A stretch of DNA of 64,000 nt, from the NCBI GenBank assembly GCA_011884725.1, contig GCA_011884725.1_3919.1; one strand, given 5' to 3'. The position numbers and the translations under genes were made by a program. Source of the stretch: a phage. Below the pieces are notes generated by a model that searched no databases, was not told the DNA's origin, and was given only the letters and a program-made list of their open reading frames with translations. Every line of letters starts with the position of its first letter. Within the stretch, counting starts at the first letter, position 1. Shown here piece by piece: positions 34,202 to 50,618 of the stretch.

Positions 34202-34600
34202 ATGAAAACAGAATCTAGAGTAATTAATGGTAAGAAAGTAAATATCGTTCTGCTTGGGGCAAGAGATGGTATTAAGATGTCTATGAAGTTGGGTAAAATT
34301 GTTGTTCCAACATTTGCACAGATGCTGTCAAGCCTGACTGATAAAGATAAGAAAGAAGCTCCAATGGTTCCATTTAAAGAACTTGTTGAAGCTTGTTTTG
34401 ACAGAATTGAAGAAATCAACCTTGAAGAAATGGCTACCATGTTATTTCAAGGGGCAACTGTTGATGACTTCCCACTTAATATTGATACATACTTCCAAGC
34501 AAACTACGGTGAATTTATTGATTACTTAGCATTTGCGCTGGAGGCAAACTTCGGAAGTTTTTTCGAAGCAAGCATTTTCAAAAGCCTAACTTCTCAGTAA
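34202..34600 (+). CDS. tail assembly chaperone
   Basis: 132-aa acidic ORF between tube and tape measure. Confidence 0.55.
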   Translation: MKTESRVINGKKVNIVLLGARDGIKMSMKLGKIVVPTFAQMLSSLTDKDKKEAPMVPFKELVEACFDRIEEINLEEMATMLFQGATVDDFPLNIDTYFQANYGEFIDYLAFALEANFGSFFEASIFKSLTSQ

Positions 34601-34602
34601 AC

Positions 34603-34841
34603 ATGGGTAACACTCTACAGACACCACTAACTGATGCTGCTGTAGAGGCAACCTATGAAGAAGCAGACGAGATGAAATTTGTGCTTGCTATTTATGGTAT
34701 GGAAGGGTGTAAAGAAACACTTGACCAACTCTTTGCTATGACATTCTCTGATTTATTATCATTGAGACAATTTCTTGAAATTCAGAGGTCGTATAAAGAG
34801 GAAATTGCTTACAACGAACTTAGAAGAGCAGGAAAAATGTA

Positions 34842-34842
<1 letters not shown>
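34603..34842 (+). CDS. second tail assembly chaperone ORF
   Basis: 79-aa ORF directly before tape measure. Confidence 0.5.
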
Positions 34843-40226
<5,384 letters not shown>

Positions 40227-40227
<1 letters not shown>

Positions 40228-41696
40228 TGGCAGGATTAACTACAACAGGATTACAAACTCTAAGATATCAGGAAATTTTTGATAATATCAAATCAAGACT
40301 TCTTAGAGATATCTCACCAAACCTTGACGTTTCTGAAGATAGCCAATTAGGTCTCTTCCTAGCTTCAATTGCAAGGTCTTTAGCAGATACTCATGAGATT
40401 CTATCAGAAATCTACGATGGGGGTACAATTGATAAGGCTGAAGGCTTTAACCTTGATGATATTACAGCTTTAAATGCGGTATACAGATACGTTGCTCAGG
40501 CAACAAGAGGTCAAGTTGAGTTTACTGGAACTACTGGTGCTACCATTCCTTCAACAACAAGATTAAGAAGTACTGCCGGAAACATCTTTTATCCAGTTAA
40601 CAACATTACCCTTACTCCGTCATATTGTGTTGAAGCTGTTCTTGAAGTTAACTCTTTACGAACTGATGCAGATTATGTTATTATTATTGATAACGTTATT
40701 TTCTCATATAAACCAACCTCATCAGACACAATTACCACACTCCTAACTAAATTAGCAGAGGCTATTAATGGTGGTATTGTAGCAAAAGCAGAAGTTATCA
40801 ATGATGGAGCCGCATTAAGAGTCTATAAAGATGAGGGTGATATCATTGCAAGAACAAACCCTATGGTTGTCACTGCAACAACGTTTCTGACCTTTACAAA
40901 GATTACAACTATCTCAGATGTAGTAGCTGAAGAGGTTGGTGCTATCCCTGCTTTAGCTGGAACTCTTATTGAGATTGAGACAACTGTTGATGGTCTTGAC
41001 AGTATTTATAACAGGTATGACTTAACAACTGGTAGAAACGAAGAAACTGACACAGAACTTAGACAGAGATATTTAGAATCCTTAGCAGTTACTGGTGTAG
41101 GGACTTTGGATGCAATTGTAGCTGCTGTTAAAAGAGTTCAAGGTGTCTCAGATGCTTCAGGTGTTGAGAATGATACTGAAGAGACAAACTCAGAAGGTCT
41201 TCCACCAAAATCTTTTAAGATTGTTGTAGTTGGTGGTCAAAATGATAATGTTGCTCAAGCAATCTGGGATACAAAACCTGCTGGTATCAGAGCTTATGGC
41301 TCAATTTTTGGTACAGCCTATGATTTAGGTGGTCTGGCACATAATATCTATTTTAGCAGACCAACACCAAAATACGCATTTGTTAAGGTGTCTTACTCAT
41401 TATATGACGAAGAAAGTTTGACAATCCCTGAAGAAGATATCAGAGATAGTATTGTGCAAGGTATTAACGCCTACGGAAGAACTCTTAAGGTTGGTAATGA
41501 TGTTATCCCTAACAGAATTTATGGGTACATCTATGACGTAATCAAAGGTATTGAGATTAATGAGGTGAAAGTAGCATTATCAAACAGCCAATCAGTTCCA
41601 CCTAGTGACGGACAATATACTACAGCAAGAATTACTGTTGACGGTGACCAATATACTGTTTGGGAAAGTAGCCAGTATACCATCACTAAGGAGTAA
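40227..41696 (+). CDS. baseplate wedge protein (gpJ-like)
   Basis: 489 aa, position-conserved. Confidence 0.6.
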
Positions 41697-41698
41697 TA

Positions 41699-42553
41699 AT
41701 GTTTGAAAAGATTGATAGTGTCTATTATAAAACACTTGATGAAAGGACTGTAACACAGTTTAAAGATAAATTTATCTATACAAGTATCTTGAAAGCAATC
41801 ACTGATGAGCTACAAACACTAGAGGATGTTTGCTGGCAGATGCACACAGAGAGAAATATCAGGACGTCAGTAGGTCAACAACTTGATAATATTGGCTCAC
41901 TGATTAAAGTTCCCAGACCTTTAGGTGCTGATGATGAAACATATAGAGCTATGCTTTATATCCAAATCTTCCTAAGACGTTCTGATACTACTCCAACATT
42001 CTTGCAAAAAGCAATTATGACATTGTATGGTGCAACTTTCTCTCAGATTTTTGAGCATATTACTCCTAAGACTGGTGGTATCGTTATCCGTATTAATACT
42101 AGAAAAAGCGTTCTTGATGCTGCATATACACTGTCAAAGATTTCTGCAACAACCACTGGTTCCGCTGTTATCTTAAGAGATGTTACTTTAAATGGGACCG
42201 CTTGGACACCTGTAGAGGTTGCTGATTCATCACTTGCTATTGTTGATGATAAAGAGAACTGGTTTGTAACTGATGCTAACAGAGGTCTGGTCACAAATAA
42301 CACTGGTGGCTCTCTGGAGTCCAACCTAGTAGGGAGTCTTGCAGATGCTGGTGTTATTGATGGTTACTTTAAGGTTGACAGAACAGCAAACTCACAGAGC
42401 GATGATTATATGACTGTAGATAGGTCTAATAATAGTGGCTATTTCATTGCTGGTAAAGAAGCTATTGCAGGTGGTGCATATGGAATCATGGCTGAGGTTG
42501 CACAAATTGTCAAAGGCAGAAAAGATAAATCACAACAAGAAGGAAATTCTTAA
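41699..42553 (+). CDS. baseplate/tail protein (gpI-like)
   Basis: 284 aa following the J-like gene. Confidence 0.5.
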   Translation: MFEKIDSVYYKTLDERTVTQFKDKFIYTSILKAITDELQTLEDVCWQMHTERNIRTSVGQQLDNIGSLIKVPRPLGADDETYRAMLYIQIFLRRSDTTPTFLQKAIMTLYGATFSQIFEHITPKTGGIVIRINTRKSVLDAAYTLSKISATTTGSAVILRDVTLNGTAWTPVEVADSSLAIVDDKENWFVTDANRGLVTNNTGGSLESNLVGSLADAGVIDGYFKVDRTANSQSDDYMTVDRSNNSGYFIAGKEAIAGGAYGIMAEVAQIVKGRKDKSQQEGNS

Positions 42554-42855
42554 TGGCAGTTCTAAATTGGTCTACAAACGAAGTAGATACTGATGGTAAT
42601 CAGTTAAAAGTTTTACCACCACCGGAAGTTCAAGAGACAGGTCTTTTAAAGGGTGAGCCTATGGGTAGGCAGTGGTTCAACTATATTATCAACTACCTGC
42701 TGAATAAAGTAAATGGCACTGTTGGTGAAGTTCGTTCATATGCAACTGAGCAACCAGATTTAGTGGCTAATGGCTGGAACCTCATTAAGTCTGAGACAGG
42801 GACTGCATCAACAAGTACAAGAAACCTTTACACATATGAATATGTAGGAGCTTAA
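42553..42855 (+). CDS. hypothetical tail protein
   Basis: 100-aa ORF. Confidence 0.5.
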   Translation: MAVLNWSTNEVDTDGNQLKVLPPPEVQETGLLKGEPMGRQWFNYIINYLLNKVNGTVGEVRSYATEQPDLVANGWNLIKSETGTASTSTRNLYTYEYVGA

Positions 42856-42857
42856 TA

Positions 42858-44033
42858 ATGGCAGTAGGTGAAATTCAAATTAGTGCCTTGCCACAAGCGG
42901 CCTTACCAATTGATTTGAGTGATATCTTCCACCTTAAGCAAGGTGTTGAGGATAAAAGATGTACGCTTGAGCAGTTGTTAGCACCTCACGCATCTCTGAG
43001 GAATAATCCTCATGGTGTAACTAAATCACAAGTGGGTCTTGATAATGTTATTAACTCTCTTCAATTAGTTGCAGCTAATAACTTGTCAGACATCGTGAAT
43101 GTTGCTGAGGCAAGAGCAAATCTACAAATTATGTCGTCAGAGGAAGTGAATAACTTAATTCAGCAACATATTGACGACAAAAGTAACCCACACAATACAA
43201 CGAAAGCACAGGTTGGTTTAAGTAATGTTCAGAACTGGACAACATCTAATCTGTACAATGAAGATGCTGATAAGTATGCTACAGCGAGAGCAGTGAATAA
43301 CTTATACAAAGCTATCCAAGCATCATATCCAGTGGGGACTATTCATCTGTCTGTTAACTCTGCTAACCCATCCACTTACTTGCTTTGTGGTGGCACTTGG
43401 GAGTTAGTTTCTAAAGGTAGGGCACTAGTTGGTTATGATACAGATTCTAGACCTGTTGGTTCAATGTTTGGTTCTCAGACTGTAGCATTAACAAATAATA
43501 ATTTACCAGCACATACTCACTCTATCTACCTAACAGGTGGTGGTCATACACACTCTGCAAGTGTATCTATCTCTAGTTTTGATTATGGTTCAAAAAGCAC
43601 ATCAACTTTTGATTACGGTACAAAAACGACTAATAGTGCTGGTGCTCACACTCACACGTTTAGTGGCACAACAAGTAATGCTGGTAACCACAACCATAGA
43701 GTTCCTATGAGGGGTAATGATAGGGGTGGCACAAACGCTATTACTGCATCTGCTGATGCTGGTGTTGGTAATGCTATGTATACTGATTTAGCTGGTGCTC
43801 ACACCCATAGCTTCTCAGGTACAACTGCATCATCTGGTGCTCATAGTCATACTGTCGCAATTGGTGCTCACAGCCACACTGTTAATATTGGTTCGCACAG
43901 TCATACAGGCACTGTTACTGTTTCTAGCTCTGAGCATACACACTCAGGGACAACTGGTTCTGTTGGTGGTGGTCAAGCATTCAGTGTTGAGCAGCCATCT
44001 TTTGTAGTGTATGTGTGGCAGAGAACAGCTTAA
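42858..44033 (+). CDS. tail fibre protein with His-x-His repeats
   Basis: 391 aa; repeats GAHTHSFSGTT, GAHSHTVAIGAHSHTVNIGSHSHTG; C-terminus homologous to that of the next gene. Confidence 0.7.
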   Translation: MAVGEIQISALPQAALPIDLSDIFHLKQGVEDKRCTLEQLLAPHASLRNNPHGVTKSQVGLDNVINSLQLVAANNLSDIVNVAEARANLQIMSSEEVNNLIQQHIDDKSNPHNTTKAQVGLSNVQNWTTSNLYNEDADKYATARAVNNLYKAIQASYPVGTIHLSVNSANPSTYLLCGGTWELVSKGRALVGYDTDSRPVGSMFGSQTVALTNNNLPAHTHSIYLTGGGHTHSASVSISSFDYGSKSTSTFDYGTKTTNSAGAHTHTFSGTTSNAGNHNHRVPMRGNDRGGTNAITASADAGVGNAMYTDLAGAHTHSFSGTTASSGAHSHTVAIGAHSHTVNIGSHSHTGTVTVSSSEHTHSGTTGSVGGGQAFSVEQPSFVVYVWQRTA

Positions 44034-44043
44034 TTTCTTTACA

Positions 44044-44068
44044 GGGGCTTTATAGCCCCTTTTAAGAG
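44044..44068 (+). terminator. intrinsic terminator between fibre genes
   Basis: GGGGCTTTATAGCCCC followed by TTTTAAG. Confidence 0.55.
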
Positions 44069-44079
44069 GAAAACTTATA

Positions 44080-46452
44080 ATGGCAGATTACAAATTGAGT
44101 CAATTAAACTCAATCGACACAATTCGTTCAGAAGACCTATTGCACATCAGAGTTAAGAAAAGACCTGAAATGTTGGGTGATGAAGACCGTAGAATGACCT
44201 ATCAAGATTTCTTAGCTTCCTTCAAACTAGAAAGGTTTGTTCAGATTGCTGGGAGTACTATGATTGGGGATTTAGGTATTGTCAAGTTACTTTACGGTGG
44301 TAAGACGGTATTTGACCCAACAGGCTCTTCTGAGGTTACTATTGGGGATGTTTTAAAGACTTTTAAAATTAACGCAAATGGTCTTAAACTAACTATTGCA
44401 GATGCTTCAAGGTCAGCAACTGTTTATCATACTCTGAATAAGCCAAGTCCTAATGAGCTTGGTATGAGGACTAATGAAGAGAATGATGCAAGATACGCAA
44501 GACTTGCTATCACAAACACATTCTCTGGAACTCAAAATATTCAAGGTGATGCTAACTTACTTCGCCTTAGAAACCAAAATGCAAATAATGCACAATATAT
44601 CGAAGGTGTAAACCTAGATGGTTCGGCTAGATGGTGGGTTGGTATTGGTAGTAATGGCTCTGACGAAGTAAAGCTGTACAATAACAAATACAACTCAGCC
44701 TTGACTGTTGCAAGTAATGTCTCTGTTAATAAGTCTTTAGCAATCACTGGTCAAGTTCAACCTTCAGATTTCTCTAACTTAGATGCTAGATACTTCACTC
44801 AGACAGTTGCTAATCAGAGATTTGCACAGTTAGCTGCTAATAATAATTTCACGGGCACTAACACGTTTAGTAGAAATCTAACTATCATTAGTGACAGTGC
44901 TGCTTTAAGGTTGAAAAATGCAACAGCTAGCTCACTATTCATTCAGGGTGTTGACTCTCAGAACACTAACAGGTGGTATGTAGGGAACGGGGATAACACA
45001 GCCTCTGTGCTGCTACACAACTATGTACACGGTTCAAATATCAGACTTGATAATGGCTATATCTCAGTCAACCAGAACTTCAGAATCACTGGTCAAGTTC
45101 AACCTTCGGATTGGACTAATATTGATTCTAGATATATTCCGGCAGCAACATTAAGTACTATTGCAAGAACTAATGCACAAAACACTTTTAACGGTGTACA
45201 GAAAGTTGTTACGGATAATGAAGCTCTAATTTTGAAAAACTCTACTCAGAACAGACCATTGTATATCCGTGGTGTGGACACTGCTAATGTGTCAAGGTGG
45301 TGGGTAGGTGTTGGTGGGGCAGATACTAATGATGTTACCCTAAATAACAGTTTTTCTGGCACTCAGTTAGTTTTAGGTAACTCATCTGCAAGCATCAATA
45401 AGACACTATCCCTGACTGGACAGATTCAGCCCTCTGATTTCTCTAACTTAGATGCTAGATATTATACGCAATCTACAGCAAACTCTAGGTATATGCTTGC
45501 TTACTCTTCTGGCACTGGTACAGAGGTAGGTGATGGTGATGGTATTGCTTGGAATGCTAAAACTGGTCTGTATAATGTTACAGGTAAATCTGGTAGTTCA
45601 ACACAGCTAGTCTACCATATGTATCAGGGTACAAGTTCTACACCATCTGCTCAATTAAAATTTGACTATAGAAATAGGGGTTGTTGGTATAGGTCAGCAA
45701 GAGATGGGTATGGGTTTGAGAATACTTGGGCTAAAATCTATACAGACCAAGATAAACCAACCCCTTCAGATATTGGTGCATACACTAAAGCAGAAACTGA
45801 CCAGAAGATTGCAAAAGCAATTAGTGACTCTACAGACCTGAATAAAATCTATCCAGTAGGTATTGTGACGTGGTTTAACAGTAATGTCAACCCTAACACA
45901 GCACTTCCTGGGTTAACTTGGACGTACCTGAATAATGGTGTTGGTAGAACTATTAGAATTGCAGCAGCAAACGGTTCAGATGTTGCTACAACTGGTGGTT
46001 CAGACTCTGTAACGTTGTCTGTTGGTAACTTACCTTCACACACGCACAGCTTCTCTGCTACCACTTCATCATTTGATTATGGTACTAAGACTTCTAGCAC
46101 AACTGGTAACCACAACCACAACAGAGGTACTATGGAGATTACTGGTACAGTAGGTTACTTTAGAAGTGACTCTAGCAGCTTCTACACAGCAAGTGGTGCA
46201 TTCACACTTGGTAGCTCAACTGCTTCTAAGGGTTTTACTGGCTCTAACTTCACTAATGGTATCCCTGCTAACTTTAATGCGTCAAGAACTTGGTCTGGTG
46301 TAACGAATACAACAGGTAACCACAGCCACACTGTTGGTATTGGCGCTCACAGCCACACAGTTAGCGGTAACACAGGTGGTACTGGTTCTGGTTCAGCATT
46401 TAGTGTTACTAACCAGTTCTACAAGTTAATGGCTTGGGTAAGAACTGCTTAA
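44080..46452 (+). CDS. long tail fibre protein
   Basis: 790 aa; internal repeats (LTGQVQPSDFSNLDARY x3), C-terminal HxH block and ..SAFSV..W.RTA tail shared with 42858-44033. Confidence 0.75.
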   Translation: MADYKLSQLNSIDTIRSEDLLHIRVKKRPEMLGDEDRRMTYQDFLASFKLERFVQIAGSTMIGDLGIVKLLYGGKTVFDPTGSSEVTIGDVLKTFKINANGLKLTIADASRSATVYHTLNKPSPNELGMRTNEENDARYARLAITNTFSGTQNIQGDANLLRLRNQNANNAQYIEGVNLDGSARWWVGIGSNGSDEVKLYNNKYNSALTVASNVSVNKSLAITGQVQPSDFSNLDARYFTQTVANQRFAQLAANNNFTGTNTFSRNLTIISDSAALRLKNATASSLFIQGVDSQNTNRWYVGNGDNTASVLLHNYVHGSNIRLDNGYISVNQNFRITGQVQPSDWTNIDSRYIPAATLSTIARTNAQNTFNGVQKVVTDNEALILKNSTQNRPLYIRGVDTANVSRWWVGVGGADTNDVTLNNSFSGTQLVLGNSSASINKTLSLTGQIQPSDFSNLDARYYTQSTANSRYMLAYSSGTGTEVGDGDGIAWNAKTGLYNVTGKSGSSTQLVYHMYQGTSSTPSAQLKFDYRNRGCWYRSARDGYGFENTWAKIYTDQDKPTPSDIGAYTKAETDQKIAKAISDSTDLNKIYPVGIVTWFNSNVNPNTALPGLTWTYLNNGVGRTIRIAAANGSDVATTGGSDSVTLSVGNLPSHTHSFSATTSSFDYGTKTSSTTGNHNHNRGTMEITGTVGYFRSDSSSFYTASGAFTLGSSTASKGFTGSNFTNGIPANFNASRTWSGVTNTTGNHSHTVGIGAHSHTVSGNTGGTGSGSAFSVTNQFYKLMAWVRTA

Positions 46453-46481
46453 TCCCTTGTTGACTGATTGTTAAGATGGTG
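46453..46481 (+). promoter_or_regulatory. possible promoter plus inverted repeat
   Basis: TTGACT, 17-nt spacer, TAATAT; overlaps inverted repeat AAGATGGTG..CACCATCTT. Confidence 0.4.
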
Positions 46482-46531
46482 TTAATATTCTTTATGGGTA
46501 TTCTCACCATCTTGGCTGATGAGGTGATTAA

Positions 46532-46729
46532 ATGCCTACAATCCTAGCAATTCTTCTAAAAAATCTAGGTAGCTTCTTCTGGAAACTCATTTTATCCCTT
46601 CTAAGTGAATACATGATTGAGAAAGTGTTCTTTAAGCTTGCAAGATACCTTGCGAGTAAAACAGACACACCTATTGATGATGAGTTCGTAGATAACTTAG
46701 AAAAAGCTTTTAAGGGGGAGAATAAATGA
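46532..46729 (+). CDS. hypothetical small membrane protein (holin-like?)
   Basis: 65 aa; hydrophobic N-terminus (ILAILLKNLGSFFWKLILSLL), charged C-terminus. Confidence 0.45.
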   Translation: MPTILAILLKNLGSFFWKLILSLLSEYMIEKVFFKLARYLASKTDTPIDDEFVDNLEKAFKGENK

Positions 46730-47097
46730 AGTGGCTAGAGGATGCTTTTAAAAACAATATTGGTGCAATTGTAGTTGGTATTTTTAGTGTTATTGGAATG
46801 TATACCACTATGCAAGTTTCAAGTGGTAAGCAAGAAGTATCTGTCACAACAAAGTTACAGCAGCTAGATAATTATTCCAAAAGTAACTATTCAGCTATTC
46901 GTGATTTACAGTCTGACATGAGACTGATTCAGCTAGGGATGGAGAACCAGAAAGTCCAGTTAGAGAATGTTAAGGGTGAAAACGCAAAACTTACCAAAAC
47001 CCTTGATAAATTCTCTGACAGTGTGAACAATCTGGCTCAATCAGTATCAGCCTTGCAAGCTATTACTGAAAAGAACACAAAGAATACTGAAAAATAA
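46726..47097 (+). CDS. membrane-anchored coiled-coil protein
   Basis: 123 aa; TM segment IGAIVVGIFSVIGMY then helical Q/L/N-rich region. Confidence 0.5.
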   Translation: MKWLEDAFKNNIGAIVVGIFSVIGMYTTMQVSSGKQEVSVTTKLQQLDNYSKSNYSAIRDLQSDMRLIQLGMENQKVQLENVKGENAKLTKTLDKFSDSVNNLAQSVSALQAITEKNTKNTEK

Positions 47098-47103
47098 AAT
47101 TTA

Positions 47104-47135
47104 AGGCTCCCGTAAAAAGGAGCCTTTTTTGTTTT
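47104..47135. terminator. bidirectional intrinsic terminator
   Basis: GGCTCC-CGTAAAAA-GGAGCC flanked by A-run upstream and TTTTTTGTTTTT downstream, between convergent genes. Confidence 0.65.
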
Positions 47136-48034
47136 TACTTACCTACTGACAGAGGTGCTTCAATCTTTCCTGCATGTTGGTAGTTGTAAATGCCACCAAT
47201 AAAATCACTTGCAGTAAGGTGTTTTAGGTCACTTAGTGTGTTAAGTGGTACACCAATCTCAAAAGTAGGTGCATGGAACTCTTCATTGTTCATCAGTTCA
47301 TAAACCTGCTTCATATGGTTCTGATAAATCTGAGTATCCCCAAAGACACCTATCAAGTACCGTGGAGTGTATCCAGTCATCTTACAAAGAACTTCTAAGA
47401 TGAAGCCGTAAGACGCAATGTTAAATGGAAGTCCTAAAAAGGTGTCTACAGAACGCTGATACCATTGCAAATCCACTTCACCTTCATTAGTGATATAAAT
47501 CTGAAACAGAACATGACAAGGTGCTAAAGCCATTGAGTTTGCTGCAATATCTGCTGCATTCCAAGCATTAACAAGCATGTATCGGTCTGTGATATCACCC
47601 TTCATCTTCGTTACTAAGGTCTCTAGCTGGTCTACAACACAACCGTTATGACCTTCAAAGTTTCTCCACTGAACTCCATAGATTCTCCCACCTGCGTCAT
47701 CTAACCAGTCTTGTTCAGAAGAATAATTAGAGCTTAACCAGCGTTTAAAATCATCTGACCAGATAGTCCAGCGTTCTCCATCATTTTCATCCCAAGTGCG
47801 GTAACGGAGTTCACCCAGTTTATTCTCACCATTCAGGAACCATAAAGCTTCCCCAATAACTTGCCGTGTAAACACCTGTTTAGATGTTAAGAGCGGGAAA
47901 CCAGTTCGCATATCAAAACGAAACTGAGGTGGAGCAAAAGCAGAGATAACATCTCCAGTTCGTGTAGTACGTAGTTCACCAACGGATAAAACATGGTTCA
48001 GGATATTTTTGTAACTTGTATCTGCTTGTGACAT
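47135..48034 (-). CDS. thyA: thymidylate synthase
   Basis: ThyA signatures: ..LAPCH.. (active-site Cys), DTFLGLPFNIASY, RTGFPLLTSK. Confidence 0.92.
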   Translation of the reverse strand: MSQADTSYKNILNHVLSVGELRTTRTGDVISAFAPPQFRFDMRTGFPLLTSKQVFTRQVIGEALWFLNGENKLGELRYRTWDENDGERWTIWSDDFKRWLSSNYSSEQDWLDDAGGRIYGVQWRNFEGHNGCVVDQLETLVTKMKGDITDRYMLVNAWNAADIAANSMALAPCHVLFQIYITNEGEVDLQWYQRSVDTFLGLPFNIASYGFILEVLCKMTGYTPRYLIGVFGDTQIYQNHMKQVYELMNNEEFHAPTFEIGVPLNTLSDLKHLTASDFIGGIYNYQHAGKIEAPLSVGK

Positions 48035-48035
48035 A

Positions 48036-48581
48036 TCAAAAGTGTCCTTTTACTTGTGGAACATAAATTTCAAAAGTTGCTTTACCATCCTCTGATGGTT
48101 TTGACTGTACCTTTGTAAACACACGGTTATCATACAGCTTCTCAAAGAAGTTTTCAAAAGGTAAATGCACAGTGGCCTCTTCAGTAACTTTATGGAAAAC
48201 AGTATGGAACACCACACTAGCATACGGTAAAGCATTGACAAGGATACCTGCACCACCAATTACAAAGACATCTTCATCAATAGAGCTATCAAGATACTTC
48301 AAAAATGCTCCAAATGACTCTTTACTGGCTTTAGCATACATTACATCATCTTTGCCAAAGTCTATGCCTAAGTATGGTACAGAATTTGTTAAGATGAGGT
48401 TTGCACGTTCTGGTAAAGGTTTACTACCCAGAGTCTTAAAAGTCTCATTACCCATGACTACTAAGTTATTTTTAGTGAGTCTCTTAAACTCTTGCATGTC
48501 CTGTTTATGTCGAGGCCACGGCATACCAGTCGGTGTACCAAATTCACCGTTTTCACCACTTGCAAAGATTAATTTAATCAT
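48036..48581 (-). CDS. folA: dihydrofolate reductase
   Basis: N-terminal IKLIFA..GE.G....MPW, NLVVMG..TF motifs typical of DHFR; adjacent to thyA. Confidence 0.85.
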   Translation of the reverse strand: MIKLIFASGENGEFGTPTGMPWPRHKQDMQEFKRLTKNNLVVMGNETFKTLGSKPLPERANLILTNSVPYLGIDFGKDDVMYAKASKESFGAFLKYLDSSIDEDVFVIGGAGILVNALPYASVVFHTVFHKVTEEATVHLPFENFFEKLYDNRVFTKVQSKPSEDGKATFEIYVPQVKGHF

Positions 48582-48838
48582 TTTGTAAATCCTTTCTTAA
48601 TGAACCAGTTGATAACATTCTTCACAGCTTTATTGCTATGGTAGACTAAGTGTGGTGTAGGTTGGTATGAACCATAAGCCCAGAAAGCAATGATTTCATT
48701 ACACTCTGTACACCTTGTACTCTCTTCAGCGATATGACCATTGACTATTTCACTTACCTCGCCTTGCAAGTCTGTACACCCACAATGTGGACATCGGATA
48801 GGTGTTCCATCAGACTCATAGCAGTGTTCAATTTTCAT
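48578..48838 (-). CDS. zinc-ribbon protein
   Basis: 86 aa with CPHCGC ... CTEC (two CxxC pairs). Confidence 0.55.
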   Translation of the reverse strand: MKIEHCYESDGTPIRCPHCGCTDLQGEVSEIVNGHIAEESTRCTECNEIIAFWAYGSYQPTPHLVYHSNKAVKNVINWFIKKGFTK

Positions 48839-49354
48839 CTATTTAACCTCAAAAACTGGTTCAAGAACCAATATAAAGTCTACACAGTCATCTTCTTCAT
48901 CCAGAATACCATCAAAGTTCTTAGGAACGAAGTCGAAGAGGCTCATCACAAAGCAGTCAGAAGTAACCCTGATAGTTCCTCCGATGTTCTCTACAGTTAA
49001 CACTGTACGACTTTCTTTTACCTCCCTCAGAAGATTACCCACAAAGTCATCTAAGAAGTACTTCATCAATGACTTAAAACCTTTAGGATAATCTGTACCA
49101 GAGTATGTTTCAATCTGAGGCACAAGCTTAACATTTATAATAGTCTTTGTTAAGAACGTGTTAGAGAACATACTATCAGGTAACTTACAAACAGTCTTTC
49201 CAGTACCTTCATGTTCAATCTCAACAAAACCAGCTTCGTCGCCACATGTAACTATTTTAAAAGATGCTTCATTCTCACCCTGTGAGGCCATAAACTTTTT
49301 AAGCATCACTTTAAGGAAGTCTGCATGAGCATCTTGTAAGTAGATATCAATCAT
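48839..49354 (-). CDS. hypothetical protein
   Basis: 171-aa ORF. Confidence 0.6.
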   Translation of the reverse strand: MIDIYLQDAHADFLKVMLKKFMASQGENEASFKIVTCGDEAGFVEIEHEGTGKTVCKLPDSMFSNTFLTKTIINVKLVPQIETYSGTDYPKGFKSLMKYFLDDFVGNLLREVKESRTVLTVENIGGTIRVTSDCFVMSLFDFVPKNFDGILDEEDDCVDFILVLEPVFEVK

Positions 49355-49367
49355 AACTAATCACCTA

Positions 49368-49727
49368 TTATGGAAACAGACACTTAATGTCATCGTTTTT
49401 GAAGACGAAACTTGTGTAATTGTGACCGTCAACATCCAGCCAAACAGCCTGAACATCTACACCGTCAAGATTCTGGTAAAGCTCTTTGATGAAGTGGTCT
49501 TTTACAATCTGGCTGCTAGTTGTTTCCAGCTTAATGTTTGAGATTGCTGAACCTACAGCCATATAACCCATGACACGTTTCTTCTCAGTATGTTTAATCT
49601 TACCATCTTTGTAAGCCATAATGAGATTTGAAAGAATTTTTACACCATAATACTTTTCAAGGTGAGTGGGTACGCCATAAAAACCTAATGCGAAGTTTTC
49701 AGAGTGGATAATGTTTTCACGTTTCAT
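49368..49727 (-). CDS. hypothetical protein
   Basis: 119-aa ORF. Confidence 0.6.
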   Translation of the reverse strand: MKRENIIHSENFALGFYGVPTHLEKYYGVKILSNLIMAYKDGKIKHTEKKRVMGYMAVGSAISNIKLETTSSQIVKDHFIKELYQNLDGVDVQAVWLDVDGHNYTSFVFKNDDIKCLFP

Positions 49728-49728
49728 A

Positions 49729-50058
49729 TTAATCTGCCAACCTTAAATTGAAATTAACACCAAATTTTTCACATACTTCCAACATATACTCAAGGGAAAC
49801 ATTCCCAGTGAGGTGGATTATGTTGGATACACGAGCCTGAGAGATACCACAAATTTTAGCAACTTGCTCTTGAGAAAGACCTCTTGATTTAATCTCTCTC
49901 TTAAAACGATGTGCAACAAAGTCTCTCATTTCGTCTACATCCATTGGACAAATATAACTCTCCATTTCAGCCTCTCTATCAGCCTCCCAATCATCTTGTG
50001 GGGCATAAGGGTCAAAAACCTCATTCATCTTTCTTCTTCCGTTTGCGTGAAGTGTCAA
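49729..50058 (-). CDS. helix-turn-helix DNA-binding protein (XRE-like)
   Basis: LSQEQVAKICGISQARVSNI is a classic HTH signature. Confidence 0.6.
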   Translation of the reverse strand: MTLHANGRRKMNEVFDPYAPQDDWEADREAEMESYICPMDVDEMRDFVAHRFKREIKSRGLSQEQVAKICGISQARVSNIIHLTGNVSLEYMLEVCEKFGVNFNLRLAD

Positions 50059-50233
50059 TCAATGAATCTATGTTTGTAGCCCTAACCTTTTCACGTTCAT
50101 CATTAAGATAATCATCAAGAGCCTTTTCAATCTGTGAATCATCTTGACAGATGACTGTAAAGACTGTAAAGCCGTCTGTATCGTCAATTATCTTACCATA
50201 ACCGCTTCTGGGATGTAACTTTTTAAGAGCCAT
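50021..50233 (-). CDS. hypothetical protein
   Basis: 70-aa ORF. Confidence 0.45.
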   Translation of the reverse strand: MALKKLHPRSGYGKIIDDTDGFTVFTVICQDDSQIEKALDDYLNDEREKVRATNIDSLIDTSRKRKKKDE

Positions 50234-50234
50234 A

Positions 50235-50618
50235 TCAAATACCTGTGCAGCTTCTGTTTTCTAAGAAATACTCAACACCATACATAGCTTTTTGCATCAA
50301 ATCTTCTTTAAACTGGATACGGTGGTTGAGCATCTCCTGCACATCAATATCGTCATGGTGTTTCTCTTTAATGTTTGCAGATTGCAGGAAATACTCTGCA
50401 AGAACGCGATACTGGTAGTCAGTTACCTTATCAGTCATCTCTGTTAAAGACTCTTCAGAGATTGGTTTAAGTAGCTCGCCTTTAGATAAAGCAACACCTT
50501 TTACAATCTGGCAAGTGTCTTCTGGAACACCTGATAAGTCCACATTTGGAAGTTCTGTTGCATTGACTGGTAAATTCATTGCCATAACCATTGCAGCAGC
50601 TAATAAAATCTTTTTCAT
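50235..50618 (-). CDS. secreted/periplasmic hypothetical protein
   Basis: Signal peptide MKKILLAAAMVMAMNLPVNA. Confidence 0.6.
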   Translation of the reverse strand: MKKILLAAAMVMAMNLPVNATELPNVDLSGVPEDTCQIVKGVALSKGELLKPISEESLTEMTDKVTDYQYRVLAEYFLQSANIKEKHHDDIDVQEMLNHRIQFKEDLMQKAMYGVEYFLENRSCTGI

